Shown here in pieces: positions 19,900 through 29,723 of a DNA stretch of 64,000 bases. The stretch is from a virus. The stretch spans positions 1 through 64,000 of the IMG/VR virus record IMGVR_UViG_3300031553_000001; one strand, written 5' to 3'. The position numbers and the translations under genes are program-made. Below the pieces are notes generated by a model. The model made no database searches and was not told the DNA's origin. It was given only the letters and a program-made list of their open reading frames with translations. Positions within the stretch are counted from its first letter, which is position 1, and the number at the start of each line of letters is the position of its first letter.

Positions 19900-21969
19900 T
19901 TAGACACTCTCCACATACGGAGCCAATTCTGGAATAGTTCTCCAAACAGCCATCTCAGCATTGATGGCCTTGCGCGTCACCCGTGCTCCACGATCCACTT
20001 CATCATCGGGGATAGGATGGCCTGATATATTGGGTTCTAGCTCATCCTCTTTCATAACCACATCCAATGCAGGATCAACCACGCCAGCAACCCATTTCTC
20101 CAACGCTGCGTGTCCGTACCCTGAAACGCTTGTATCTTCTGTAGATATGTCACCACGCCTTATGAATTTGGAAACATCTCGTAACACTATAATTCTATGT
20201 GCACTGGCAAACATAGTACCAGGAATATCATGAATCTGTACATCATCTGGATGCACAAATCCTGTAACGACGCCACCACCAGCTTCTGCGTACACTTTGG
20301 CATTGCCTGGAGTATCATAGAAATACACGCCAGGACCAAATTGTCCCTCGGTGCTTGGCCTAATGACTTTCAAACCACCAGGCCCTGTACCTCTAAATAC
20401 GGGAACATATCCCAAACCTTCCAACTGGCTACGTGACATACTACCCAATGCGCCAACTTTCTCTCCAACTCCAATATGCGTACCTTTGGGTGGCCCATAC
20501 CAACCACTAGAGGATGAACCTTTCATAGTGATAAGCTTGGCTCCACTCAACCGGCCAGCACGCCATATAAAGCGTATCACATCTTCTAGATATTCCTTGT
20601 GGATCTCGCCGGATGTGATGGCTATGCGTTCATCTCCAACCACCCACTCTGGAAGCACTTGCTTATCGGCCAGCAGCCGTTTGAACGTCTTTATGTCTAT
20701 GGCAGCTTCACCTGCTTTTGGGAAAGCCAATGGCAAATATGCCTCAATCCACGCCTTGGCGATATTTGCCGCCACCATATCCTCTTCAATATCTTGGGTG
20801 TCGAATTCAAACACGACATCCTCTGGCAACTCAGCATTCAGGCTACGCTCCACCATAGTGATGAATTCTCCACCACCCTTACCTCTGGCCTTGAGATGCT
20901 GCACCTCTGCTTCTGATGCTGTTCCCAGTGCGCCGGTGGAGATAGCCCAAAACTCACGCGTGTCCACACCAAAGTCCAGCGCTAAGGTGTTAACATATTG
21001 TGCCACAACCGTTTGACGGTCAAATGACTCTGGAATGGCTGAGAACGACTGAATAGATATTTCCACCTTGGCTCCAGGGTTGTTTCCCACTAGCCATAAC
21101 ACCTGTGGAAACGTCAAACTGTTGTTCTTCTTACGCTCTGCCTGCCACATCGCAATGGCTTGACGAAATTCTTTGTCAGACATTCCAGTCACGGACGCTA
21201 TACCCTCCGGTGGCAAGTTGGACAATTTCTCAGCATCGTAGTCGTGCAGGGCCATCAATAATTTGGCTGCCCGTGCCGCCCTGGACGTGGCACAGTAGCC
21301 CATCCCATGAGCAACTTCATTGGGGAGGGGCATTGATGCGAAATGGATGAACATTCCAGGCTTATACCAGATCTCCTGATTGGTAGCTGCTGAGTAGTAG
21401 TACATCGGACGCTTGGGATTGCCTGTCATCTTGCAACATCTAGTATCAATGGTAGCCAAATCCGACATCTTGCCCCATTGTCCACCACGCCGCGTCACGT
21501 CCCACCATACACCATTGTCTTGCGTATAGAAATCTATGGCGCTGGTACCAATGAATCCACCCCACTCATTCCCAGACAAATATCTGGTTCTGGACAACAT
21601 CTGGGATACCTGGTTGGCGTTGTTGCGGCCACCTTCCACCTTCCAAGTCATGGCCTGCATCTTGGCCACCATAGAATACACAGCACCAGCCAGGATCGGT
21701 TCTTCCTTCCATATAGCGTCCAACCACCGGCTATAGGCCACAGTGCCACGTTTGGGAATACCATCACTTTTGCCTAATGCCTGGATGCTCATAAACATGC
21801 CAAGCACGCCTGCATCCTCAGATTTGGTGTGCACATCCAGACGGGTGTCAGCTTCACGAGCAGCTTTGAATTGCGCTTCTGGTTCTGGAACAGTCCTCAG
21901 TTGGCGAAATGCTTGCCAGGATTCGCCCAGGTCTGTAAAGAACTCGGCAGCGTTATTCAGCAAGGACAT
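19900..21969 (-). CDS. Portal protein with inserted KGSSSSGWY leader + ART-like domain
   Basis: First long ORF after TerL; GALGTASEAEVQH portal-like region. Insert ~20050-20530 with VFRG..GQFGPGVYFYD..AKVYA. Confidence 0.75.
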   Translation of the reverse strand: MSLLNNAAEFFTDLGESWQAFRQLRTVPEPEAQFKAAREADTRLDVHTKSEDAGVLGMFMSIQALGKSDGIPKRGTVAYSRWLDAIWKEEPILAGAVYSMVAKMQAMTWKVEGGRNNANQVSQMLSRTRYLSGNEWGGFIGTSAIDFYTQDNGVWWDVTRRGGQWGKMSDLATIDTRCCKMTGNPKRPMYYYSAATNQEIWYKPGMFIHFASMPLPNEVAHGMGYCATSRAARAAKLLMALHDYDAEKLSNLPPEGIASVTGMSDKEFRQAIAMWQAERKKNNSLTFPQVLWLVGNNPGAKVEISIQSFSAIPESFDRQTVVAQYVNTLALDFGVDTREFWAISTGALGTASEAEVQHLKARGKGGGEFITMVERSLNAELPEDVVFEFDTQDIEEDMVAANIAKAWIEAYLPLAFPKAGEAAIDIKTFKRLLADKQVLPEWVVGDERIAITSGEIHKEYLEDVIRFIWRAGRLSGAKLITMKGSSSSGWYGPPKGTHIGVGEKVGALGSMSRSQLEGLGYVPVFRGTGPGGLKVIRPSTEGQFGPGVYFYDTPGNAKVYAEAGGGVVTGFVHPDDVQIHDIPGTMFASAHRIIVLRDVSKFIRRGDISTEDTSVSGYGHAALEKWVAGVVDPALDVVMKEDELEPNISGHPIPDDEVDRGARVTRKAINAEMAVWRTIPELAPYVESV

Positions 21970-22312
21970 TTTGGGATACCTCGTCCATCAATCTGGTCAA
22001 CAAATCCATACTCTGCTGTATAGTTTCTGTATCAATATTCCTGATTGTGTCCATATCTATAGCATCTGGTGATACATAATATGGCGATTCTACATCCGGC
22101 TTATAGCCATCACAACTGAACACGTGGCACCCAGAAAGTGTCATGATAGTATTGTCGTGCATGACCTGAATTAATGGACAGTTACCAACATTCAAGCAGG
22201 AAGCGCACCGCTCATCCTTCCAAACGATGTGCTCTTTCAGTCCATTGTTATGTTCTGGATTTATAAGGTCTGGCATATCACTCTCTCTTGGTAAATGCTG
22301 TCTTACTTCCAA
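21953..22312 (-). CDS. Hypothetical Cys-containing protein
   Basis: ORF in the operon; CASC..CP..C motif. Confidence 0.4.
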   Translation of the reverse strand: MEVRQHLPRESDMPDLINPEHNNGLKEHIVWKDERCASCLNVGNCPLIQVMHDNTIMTLSGCHVFSCDGYKPDVESPYYVSPDAIDMDTIRNIDTETIQQSMDLLTRLMDEVSQNVLAE

Positions 22313-22484
22313 ACCAAAAACCTAGTATTAGCATGGCCGCTGCCCATAACTCCTGCGGCACTGGACGTTCCATCAAATACATCACACAAATGGTTGTCAC
22401 CATTCCCAATGTAACCAAACTCTGCACAATTATACTCTCTCGAAACAGCTCCCAAAATGGTTTCCAAGTACTTTTAGTGAACAT
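22278..22484 (-). CDS. Small two-TM membrane protein, holin-like
   Basis: Two hydrophobic helices ending ILGFWFGSK; GGAG RBS. Confidence 0.5.
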   Translation of the reverse strand: MFTKSTWKPFWELFRESIIVQSLVTLGMVTTICVMYLMERPVPQELWAAAMLILGFWFGSKTAFTKRE

Positions 22485-22499
22485 GTAACTCCTCCGCTG

Positions 22500-24083
22500 C
22501 TAAAATACTACTCCACTTCCACCCGATGTCTCTTCCCAAAATGCCAATACACAAGCATCTCCATAGTCAGTAGATCGCCCATGTCGTGTCTTCTTACGCA
22601 AGATGTCCTTAGACTCCACACAGATAGTCAAATATCCATGAATGTATCTAGTCTCATATCTGGGAGCAGCCAAATCCCCTAGCAGGTAGTCATTTGGACA
22701 CAACGCTACATCAGCACCACTATCAGGATCTAACATCTCTCGCATATTCCACCATGCAGCATCTCTCACACATCTAAATCTAAACGTTCCAGTCTTATCT
22801 GTACGGGTTGTCCCACCACCCATATAGATCTGAGCCAAGTTCATAGACGGGTTGGCCCAATCTATCTCCTGGGCCAATATATCGTATATGGAAGCACCTA
22901 AACCTGAATCCATCTCAATGTTAGTCAAATGAGCATGCATGGCAAAGGGCTTCAATTTTCCTGCCGACACCGGAACAGACTGTTTGGCATATACATACAA
23001 ATTCTCTAACCTATCCCCTACCCTATCTGCAAATACAGTCTTATCCTCACCCATACGCGCGGAGTCAACTCCAATCACACGCTTGCTCAACCCTGCACCT
23101 GGACTGCCAGCTTTCTCCCACTGCCTATACCGTTCAAATGCAGCTTCAACCCACTCCAATGGAATGACACCTTCACTGGAATCTTGAGCAAATTCTCCAA
23201 GAACGCGATTCTTGTATACTGCTGAATGAACTCCCCACTGGCTCTGGCGTTCCTCTGCCCATTGAGGAGATATGCGATTAGCAGCTATGGCCTCATCCAA
23301 AGTCACATGTCTAACTATCCAATCATCATAACCTGCTTTCTTGGAATGAATGTCATAGAATCTGCCTTGGGGTGGGCCTGGTGTAGATATGGCCAACCAA
23401 AAGCATTCACCACTACCGCCGCCTATGGTCGATGTGCCTTCTGTGGCAAATGCGCCCTCAGCAGCATCCCACATGGATGGCCCAACACTCTTGCTTTCAT
23501 CAAATATATAGAACAACCTACTGGCGTGCGCTCCCTCAATGGATGCGGCATCTCCAGACGAAACAGCAAATGACTCATTCCAACCCATCCCAGACCTGAT
23601 GCGAAGCGAATGGACCATCATCTCATCGTGGGTGTATGGATCACGGCCAATGGTGTTCCAATCCAACAACTTGGCAACTTTGTGAATTTCCGGCCACAGA
23701 AACTTTTCCAACTGCCGCCACACACTAGCTAATGTGGGTGCTGTAGCATCATCCTCAGTGGTAAGGATAACATGATGGACACAAATTGCTGCTATCAATG
23801 TTTTGCCCAGACCATGTGGGCCACGCATAGCTACTCTACGGTGCCCCATATCAAACCAAGCCAAGGCTTCCTCTTGGTAAGGTGCAAATGTTGGTGCTAT
23901 CTTTGGCATACAATCATACACAAACGCCACTCTGTCATCACGGTAGGTGCGTTGGAATTTGGCAAATTTTGTACTATGCCCAACATTTATATAGACACCT
24001 CTGGCAAGGTCAAGCAACCCTTTTTGCTTGCCACCCGTGCCAAGACCTCTTTGGTGCAATGCTACATCTGGAAATACTGTCAA
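22500..24083 (-). CDS. terL: Terminase large subunit
   Basis: Walker A GPHGLGKT, Walker B FYIFDE, ISTP, nuclease IGVDSARMGED and STDYGDA. Confidence 0.92.
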   Translation of the reverse strand: MTVFPDVALHQRGLGTGGKQKGLLDLARGVYINVGHSTKFAKFQRTYRDDRVAFVYDCMPKIAPTFAPYQEEALAWFDMGHRRVAMRGPHGLGKTLIAAICVHHVILTTEDDATAPTLASVWRQLEKFLWPEIHKVAKLLDWNTIGRDPYTHDEMMVHSLRIRSGMGWNESFAVSSGDAASIEGAHASRLFYIFDESKSVGPSMWDAAEGAFATEGTSTIGGGSGECFWLAISTPGPPQGRFYDIHSKKAGYDDWIVRHVTLDEAIAANRISPQWAEERQSQWGVHSAVYKNRVLGEFAQDSSEGVIPLEWVEAAFERYRQWEKAGSPGAGLSKRVIGVDSARMGEDKTVFADRVGDRLENLYVYAKQSVPVSAGKLKPFAMHAHLTNIEMDSGLGASIYDILAQEIDWANPSMNLAQIYMGGGTTRTDKTGTFRFRCVRDAAWWNMREMLDPDSGADVALCPNDYLLGDLAAPRYETRYIHGYLTICVESKDILRKKTRHGRSTDYGDACVLAFWEETSGGSGVVF

Positions 24084-24084
24084 C

Positions 24085-24423
24085 TCAGCTACCTATCCTG
24101 TGCCCATGCACGTTCAGCTCACCCACGATCACGCCACCAGCAGCTGCCAGAGTGATGGTTATGGCCGATGAGGCATCACTCTCTTCCTCATACAGTGGAA
24201 GGAAGCCTGGCCCACCACTCGTTATGTCCCAAGCATAGTCAAATCCACCACCGCCCATAGTCATCCGGCCACCTGTGGGCGCAGCTGAATATGACCAACT
24301 AAGACCTGAGAAGACGTGTCGTCCAGCCCTGAATGTGATAGACACTGCTGTATTGGGTACAGATCGCGCGTGTAATGATGGCCAAACTGTAGTTGGCTTT
24401 ATGGAAACTTCACCATATGGCAT
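24085..24423 (-). CDS. Hypothetical beta-rich protein
   Basis: Likely start MPYGEV at 24423 after an AGGAG RBS. Confidence 0.45.
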   Translation of the reverse strand: MPYGEVSIKPTTVWPSLHARSVPNTAVSITFRAGRHVFSGLSWSYSAAPTGGRMTMGGGGFDYAWDITSGGPGFLPLYEEESDASSAITITLAAAGGVIVGELNVHGHRIGS

Positions 24424-24498
24424 CCTTATTCTCCTAAATTCCCTAGAAATATAAGAAAAACAACCAATATAACGGCATATTCGCACAAAAACTTTGAA

Positions 24499-24897
24499 TT
24501 ATTCGCGTCTACCCATCTTCTTGCGCAACATATTAGCTCCACTTAGTGGACTAGCCTGAGCCATCTGCCGGATGTTGGGCATCCCAGTAGATGATTGTAT
24601 CGGCGCAATATTGAATGCTGGTGGTTCTACTGTCTGAGTAAACGCTGTCTGGCCTAGATGCTCCAACAAGGAATTTAGCTCTGCTATGGATGCATCCAAT
24701 GGAGCCAGCTCAGCCTTTACCCGCTGCTCCAACTCCACTATTCGTGCCTTGCGAATTTCCAACAACTCAGTCAATCGGTTGCGAATAACGGCAACAGGAT
24801 CAGGCCTGGCAGGCGGTGGAGATTCTACCGCCACAGGTTCTATGTGGGACACAGGCATCCCAGATGGATCACCAGAACCATGGTCAGCTTTTTTCAT
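24499..24897 (-). CDS. Hypothetical coiled-coil protein
   Basis: ATGA overlap with the upstream gene. Confidence 0.5.
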   Translation of the reverse strand: MKKADHGSGDPSGMPVSHIEPVAVESPPPARPDPVAVIRNRLTELLEIRKARIVELEQRVKAELAPLDASIAELNSLLEHLGQTAFTQTVEPPAFNIAPIQSSTGMPNIRQMAQASPLSGANMLRKKMGRRE

Positions 24898-25730
24898 TTG
24901 ACATATCTCGTGCTAATTCCAGCAGCCTCCAGAGCTGATCTGGCAACGGAATATTCCGGTTGTGTCCCATGCATTACTACGTGATCTATGTCAGACAATT
25001 TGATTCCACCATGGATCTGAGCTTCTACGTAATTCACAACTTGGAAGGCATCATCATGTACATACATGGAACTCAAATCCCAAGATAGCTTACCAGGATT
25101 ATTGACAGGAGTAGCCCCAACTTCACCATCAGCAAAGCCACCAAAAGAATCTCCCACCGTGAAGGTAGTGCGGTTTCGTATAGAAGACTTCAATACAAAC
25201 TCTACAGCTCCATATTGCGTAACCCCACGATCTGTATACCCAGGATTGCCCATATATCCATATATGGGATAGTTTGCTGGATCCTCCCCTGGTTTAACGT
25301 TGAATGCCTTGGACTCAACCTTCTGTCTGAGCTTTGGATTGTATGCACCCTTAGATTTGCCAGTCTCATATTGATTCTTGAATCTGCCAGATTCTAGTAT
25401 AGATTCCACTGCCATAACTGGAGCACGTATAGATACAGCAGACTCACTCAAGAACTTTTCCATATTCTTTTGGCATGTAGCTTCATATTCCTTTATACCA
25501 ATATCTCTCAAATAAGCACGTGACTTAGTGCTATTATCGACAGCATCCACTAATTTCTGAGATGGAGCACGTATTGCACGTTCTGCCAAGGATTTACTTA
25601 CAGCTGGCTTCTTGCCGCGTGCTTTACCACTCTTCCCAGATCCAATAGCTCTATGTTTTTCACCTGTGTGAGTACCTCTACCTGGAGCATACCAACCAGA
25701 ACTAGAAGAACCCTTGAGCGTAATCCTCAC
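24894..25730 (-). CDS. KGSSSSGWY leader + DUF3626-like domain
   Basis: GRFKNQYETG, YPIYGY, YGAVEFVLK, RTTFTVGDS, YVEAQIHGG. Confidence 0.7.
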   Translation of the reverse strand: MRITLKGSSSSGWYAPGRGTHTGEKHRAIGSGKSGKARGKKPAVSKSLAERAIRAPSQKLVDAVDNSTKSRAYLRDIGIKEYEATCQKNMEKFLSESAVSIRAPVMAVESILESGRFKNQYETGKSKGAYNPKLRQKVESKAFNVKPGEDPANYPIYGYMGNPGYTDRGVTQYGAVEFVLKSSIRNRTTFTVGDSFGGFADGEVGATPVNNPGKLSWDLSSMYVHDDAFQVVNYVEAQIHGGIKLSDIDHVVMHGTQPEYSVARSALEAAGISTRYVK

Positions 25731-25966
25731 GTGGAAGCCGCCTTCAGTTTGAGCTTGGCTTTGGGAACGGGCTTCTCGGTAGTAACTTCAGACTCTGGTG
25801 GATCCTCCCAATAGCCCCACTTTAGCGCCTGCTGAATACGCATCGGCTTGGATTTGGTATTGGTGATAGTGTTGTGCAGGACGCACATGGCATCAAAGTC
25901 CTTGACGTCTACATCATCATCCACTATCATATCAATTTCACCACGTTGGGACAGAATTTTGGACAT
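25727..25966 (-). CDS. Small protein between the two DUF3626-like genes (candidate partner/immunity)
   Basis: 79 aa; QQALKWGYWE motif. Confidence 0.55.
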   Translation of the reverse strand: MSKILSQRGEIDMIVDDDVDVKDFDAMCVLHNTITNTKSKPMRIQQALKWGYWEDPPESEVTTEKPVPKAKLKLKAAST

Positions 25967-25971
25967 ATTTC

Positions 25972-26802
25972 CTACCTCTCATCACGCGTCACAGATATAC
26001 CAGCTGCTTCCAAAGCAGCCGTCGCACGATAATAATATGATATAGCAGCACTTCTAGTATGCATTACCACGTGATCTACATCAGCCAAACTAATTCCACC
26101 GTGAATTTGTGCTTCCACGTAGCCTACTCTATTGAACTGATTTTCATACACATACCTGGCATTTCTGTCCCAAGACATCTTGCCTGGTTTGTTGACAGGA
26201 GTAGCTCCAACATTGTCATAGGCAAAATTACTCAGTGAATCCCCTACCGTAAAAGTGGTACGATCTCTGACAGATGACTTCAATACAAATTCTACATCTC
26301 CATACATTCGCGCTGTCTTTGGATTACTGGGATGACTCATATATCCATAGATGGGATAACTTCCTGGTTCCTCTCTTACCTCTATGTTGAAGGCTTTGGA
26401 TTCCGCTTCTTGCCTATATGTTGGGTCATAAGTACCTCTGGATGTAGTAGTTTCGTGTTGATTCTTTAATCTACCGGATTTTAGGATAAATTCTACTACT
26501 TCGGTAGGCGTTCGTACAGATACCTCTGATTCACTGAGAAATTTCTCCATATTTCTCTGACATTTAGCTTCATACTTCTTTGTACCCATCCCCGATGTCT
26601 TGCCACCCATGACGATCTGCCTATCAACAGTCATCCATAACTCTCCAGATGGAGTATGTACCATACGTTCTGCCAAGGATTTCTCGGTAGGCTTCTTACC
26701 AGCCTTACCAGATCCAACAGCCCTATGTTTCTCACCAGTGTGAGTACCTCTACCTGGAGCATACCATCCGCTACTAGAAGAACCTTTGAGTGTGAGCTTC
26801 AT
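25972..26802 (-). CDS. KGSSSSGWY leader + DUF3626-like domain, paralog
   Basis: Same motifs as 24894..25730. Confidence 0.7.
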   Translation of the reverse strand: MKLTLKGSSSSGWYAPGRGTHTGEKHRAVGSGKAGKKPTEKSLAERMVHTPSGELWMTVDRQIVMGGKTSGMGTKKYEAKCQRNMEKFLSESEVSVRTPTEVVEFILKSGRLKNQHETTTSRGTYDPTYRQEAESKAFNIEVREEPGSYPIYGYMSHPSNPKTARMYGDVEFVLKSSVRDRTTFTVGDSLSNFAYDNVGATPVNKPGKMSWDRNARYVYENQFNRVGYVEAQIHGGISLADVDHVVMHTRSAAISYYYRATAALEAAGISVTRDER

Positions 26803-26947
26803 AGTCTAAAACCCAACTCTCTGAACAAGGCATCCATCTCACGCTCATATTTCAACAGCTCTTGTTGCTTCTTTAGGACAAGTCTCAATGCTTTCTCACG
26901 CTGCTTGCGAAGCTTGTCATTCTCCTGTATCAATTCGCGTTTGGTCT

Positions 26948-27730
26948 TTACGGCCATCTTACAGGTTCCCTGTCAGCCACAACAGTTTCCACAACATTCT
27001 GGATTTCCAACAGGCTTGGGAATTCTCCTGGGATAGCTGTTGGAATTGGAATAGTGTGGGAATATTCTTGAATAGACACATCATCCCAGTACCAGTCATT
27101 GTGCTTGACTGGCCACTCATTACAGCCACGCAGGAACACAACAATGTGGTCACTCCACGCCTGGGCCACTACAGACACTTTGACCCAGCTATCGTACTGC
27201 TCCAAGGACTCCTGGCCCCACACAGTTGTACGGTGCAGTGGCCACTCAGAACCCCAAGGATTTATGCCAACCAGCGAAGAACCTTTCCCAGGCTTATTGG
27301 ACTCATCTGGGTAATCCAAAGAACTGGACCAATTCCATACGTAAGCTGAAAACTCATACCACTGCCCTGGCATGGTGGAAATTCTCTGGTACATGCCACC
27401 ATCGTGGACACCAAATGTAACGAACGATTTCTGGGCATAGAACCCACTATGGACACGTCCAGATCCAACATCCAAGGATTCCGGCTTGAATTCTGGTCGC
27501 CTACCTGTCCACCAGGGATTCCATTGGTCAGCCACTACTAGCTCACCAATTCCATCATGTGTATGGAAGCCATCTTCGAAGCCAGGGTTGTCCAAGGAGA
27601 TAGTGGAAGCCATAGAATCCAATGACTGATGTAAAACTATGGCCAATACAAATGCAGCTACCAACAATATGGGCCAAAGCCATATTACCCAAGACTTTCC
27701 AGATTTATACACGCAACCCTCCTGCATCAT
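26948..27730 (-). CDS. Membrane-anchored carbohydrate-binding-type protein (Anaerolineae-like)
   Basis: N-terminal TM helix; NPGFEDGF, RPEFKP, GGMYQRI, VGINPWG, YWDDVSI jelly-roll motifs. Confidence 0.6.
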   Translation of the reverse strand: MMQEGCVYKSGKSWVIWLWPILLVAAFVLAIVLHQSLDSMASTISLDNPGFEDGFHTHDGIGELVVADQWNPWWTGRRPEFKPESLDVGSGRVHSGFYAQKSFVTFGVHDGGMYQRISTMPGQWYEFSAYVWNWSSSLDYPDESNKPGKGSSLVGINPWGSEWPLHRTTVWGQESLEQYDSWVKVSVVAQAWSDHIVVFLRGCNEWPVKHNDWYWDDVSIQEYSHTIPIPTAIPGEFPSLLEIQNVVETVVADREPVRWP

Positions 27731-27732
27731 AG

Positions 27733-27969
27733 AATTCTACGAGGGGCAGTACTTTCAGTGATTCCAAGGAGTGCCCATATCATCCCACTATGAATACATA
27801 CCACATATGGAATTAGATTTTAGACTCCTGGGCCAATGACTTACCAACCCGTAGAGTACTCTCAGTTTACAAAGGTTTTAAGTGTTGTCCACTTTGTAAA
27901 CTGAGTACCCTTGTAAAATTCCCAAGGACCATGATGACGATGAAATTCTACGAGGGGCAGTACTCTCAG
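27733..27969. repeat. Intergenic direct and inverted repeats
   Basis: AATTCTACGAGGGGCAGTACTYTCAG at 27733-27758 and 27944-27969, flanking the perfect inverted repeat CTCAGTTTACAAAG (27861-27874) / CTTTGTAAACTGAG (27892-27905). Confidence 0.8.
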
Positions 27970-28001
27970 CGCATTCAGACGTTTACAAGGAATTCTCAGT
28001 A

Positions 28002-28451
28002 CTACCCACTCCATACCATCACTTGGTGAACCAAGTCTGCCAATGAGTACACGATCTTAATATATGGCCTAACCAATCGTGTCTGTATCTCAACATCTGG
28101 TTTGCGCTTATAGTCTGGATGTACCCCAACAAAGATTGGCTTGATATGTCTCATACTCCAGGCACCCAACTCATACAACACAATTGGGCAGAGTGTCTCA
28201 CGTGGGAACCAGAACAGAATGGCATCTGCTTGTCTTAAATGTTGAAATTCCCACGTTATCTGATCCAGAGCTGCACCAGGATCATCTATGGGGAAGTTCT
28301 TGCGTCTTGGATTCAATAGAGTCAGATTTGTGCTCTCTAATATCACAGCCACTTCTCGTTGCCAATTAGGACAGCCTGTGATACCACCAGCTAGAAATAT
28401 ACTTACATCATCTGCTGGCTCATAAATCTCTGGTGACTCAATGTACTTCAT
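28002..28451 (-). CDS. Nucleoside 2-deoxyribosyltransferase-like protein
   Basis: IFLAGGITGCPNWQ, LNPRR, QITWE, CPIVLYELG. Confidence 0.85.
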   Translation of the reverse strand: MKYIESPEIYEPADDVSIFLAGGITGCPNWQREVAVILESTNLTLLNPRRKNFPIDDPGAALDQITWEFQHLRQADAILFWFPRETLCPIVLYELGAWSMRHIKPIFVGVHPDYKRKPDVEIQTRLVRPYIKIVYSLADLVHQVMVWSG

Positions 28452-28471
28452 ATTTCTCCCATTCTAGTACA

Positions 28472-28696
28472 TCACTCAGGAAAGAAAGATGCAAATAGAT
28501 ATATATCCAGAAACATACTAAACAGCAGCAGTGGCCAGGCAACAATTGCCACCAAAAATGGTAAACCGCTGCTATTACCAAACAAAATACGTGACAGAAC
28601 AGGTGAACCAACAACCAAACTCACAACGATAATCGATGACAGAATTACCACAGACAACAGTTTCAATTCACGAGTCATTTTATACCTCCATCCCAA
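28472..28696 (-). CDS. Small membrane protein
   Basis: Two hydrophobic segments. Confidence 0.5.
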   Translation of the reverse strand: MGWRYKMTRELKLLSVVILSSIIVVSLVVGSPVLSRILFGNSSGLPFLVAIVAWPLLLFSMFLDIYLFASFFPE

Positions 28697-28886
28697 GGAA
28701 TCCCACTATTTCTATATGCCATTGTAGAATTCACAAATGAACATTTCTATACATCTAAGCACTGAGAAGTACTTACCAGTTTTACAAATGAACAATTATC
28801 TCATAGTGGGATGGCATTAACCCATATCCGCCACCACGACGGTTGAATTTCATCCAACCACCCGCCGGTTTTCCACCACCCGCCGT

Positions 28887-29723
28887 CTACACGCCTATCA
28901 GCATTGTCTGCCTGGCCGATGGTGCCAGCCTACTCATAAGGAACTTGGCAGCCTCATCCCGTACTCTGGGATCTGGGATGTACGTGTTGATTAGCTGGAC
29001 CATAGTGGATTGTACATACGCTATCTGGCCTGCTGTTAGTGCATACCTCTGCTCTATCCTGGTAAGCCTATCCGCCATCTCTGTTATGGCAGTGAGCTGC
29101 TTTTGGATTGATGGAATGTTACTGGCCAGTGCCGCTGGATCACCAGCCTCCAGTATCATCTCCAGAGTGATCTCAGCTAGTGCTCTGCTCTTGGCCAGTT
29201 CTTGGGTAATATTGGATGGGTCTGGGTCAGCCATGTACTTTTGGATCTTGTCCTGGACGGCTTGGGACAGGTATTTGGATGTCATACCATGTTTGAGTCT
29301 GCCCACTGCCTTGTTTTCCACTTCCCCACCATGCTGTTTACATCTGCCATACCCTAGATGGGCTGTCCCATAGCCTGCTGTTCTGTCACATCTATCCCCA
29401 AGGATACCCACTAGATGTTGAGTGTCCCCATCGTATACTTTGACTCCAAGCCATCCATACTTGTCCAAGCAATCTGTGTCATCTATGGTGATGGCTCCAA
29501 CAGCTATGGCTTGGGCCACACCCTCATCTGTGATGTCTTGGTAGTGCCCTGAGCGTCCACCGGTGAGCGCTTTCACTGCCCTAACGTGAGACCTCATATA
29601 CGCGAAGCATTTTGGATTTAGTGGCCCGCCCTTGGGTGAAGGTGTGTAAAAAGTGGTACCTCCTGGCGTGCCAACCTCCTCCTCGATTTCCCATTTAACA
29701 TATTCGACAAAATGTATAGGCAT
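28887..29723 (-). CDS. Terminase small subunit (putative)
   Basis: GRCKQHGG and KHGMTSKY motifs followed by a helical region, typical of HGG-type TerS. Confidence 0.65.
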   Translation of the reverse strand: MPIHFVEYVKWEIEEEVGTPGGTTFYTPSPKGGPLNPKCFAYMRSHVRAVKALTGGRSGHYQDITDEGVAQAIAVGAITIDDTDCLDKYGWLGVKVYDGDTQHLVGILGDRCDRTAGYGTAHLGYGRCKQHGGEVENKAVGRLKHGMTSKYLSQAVQDKIQKYMADPDPSNITQELAKSRALAEITLEMILEAGDPAALASNIPSIQKQLTAITEMADRLTRIEQRYALTAGQIAYVQSTMVQLINTYIPDPRVRDEAAKFLMSRLAPSARQTMLIGV

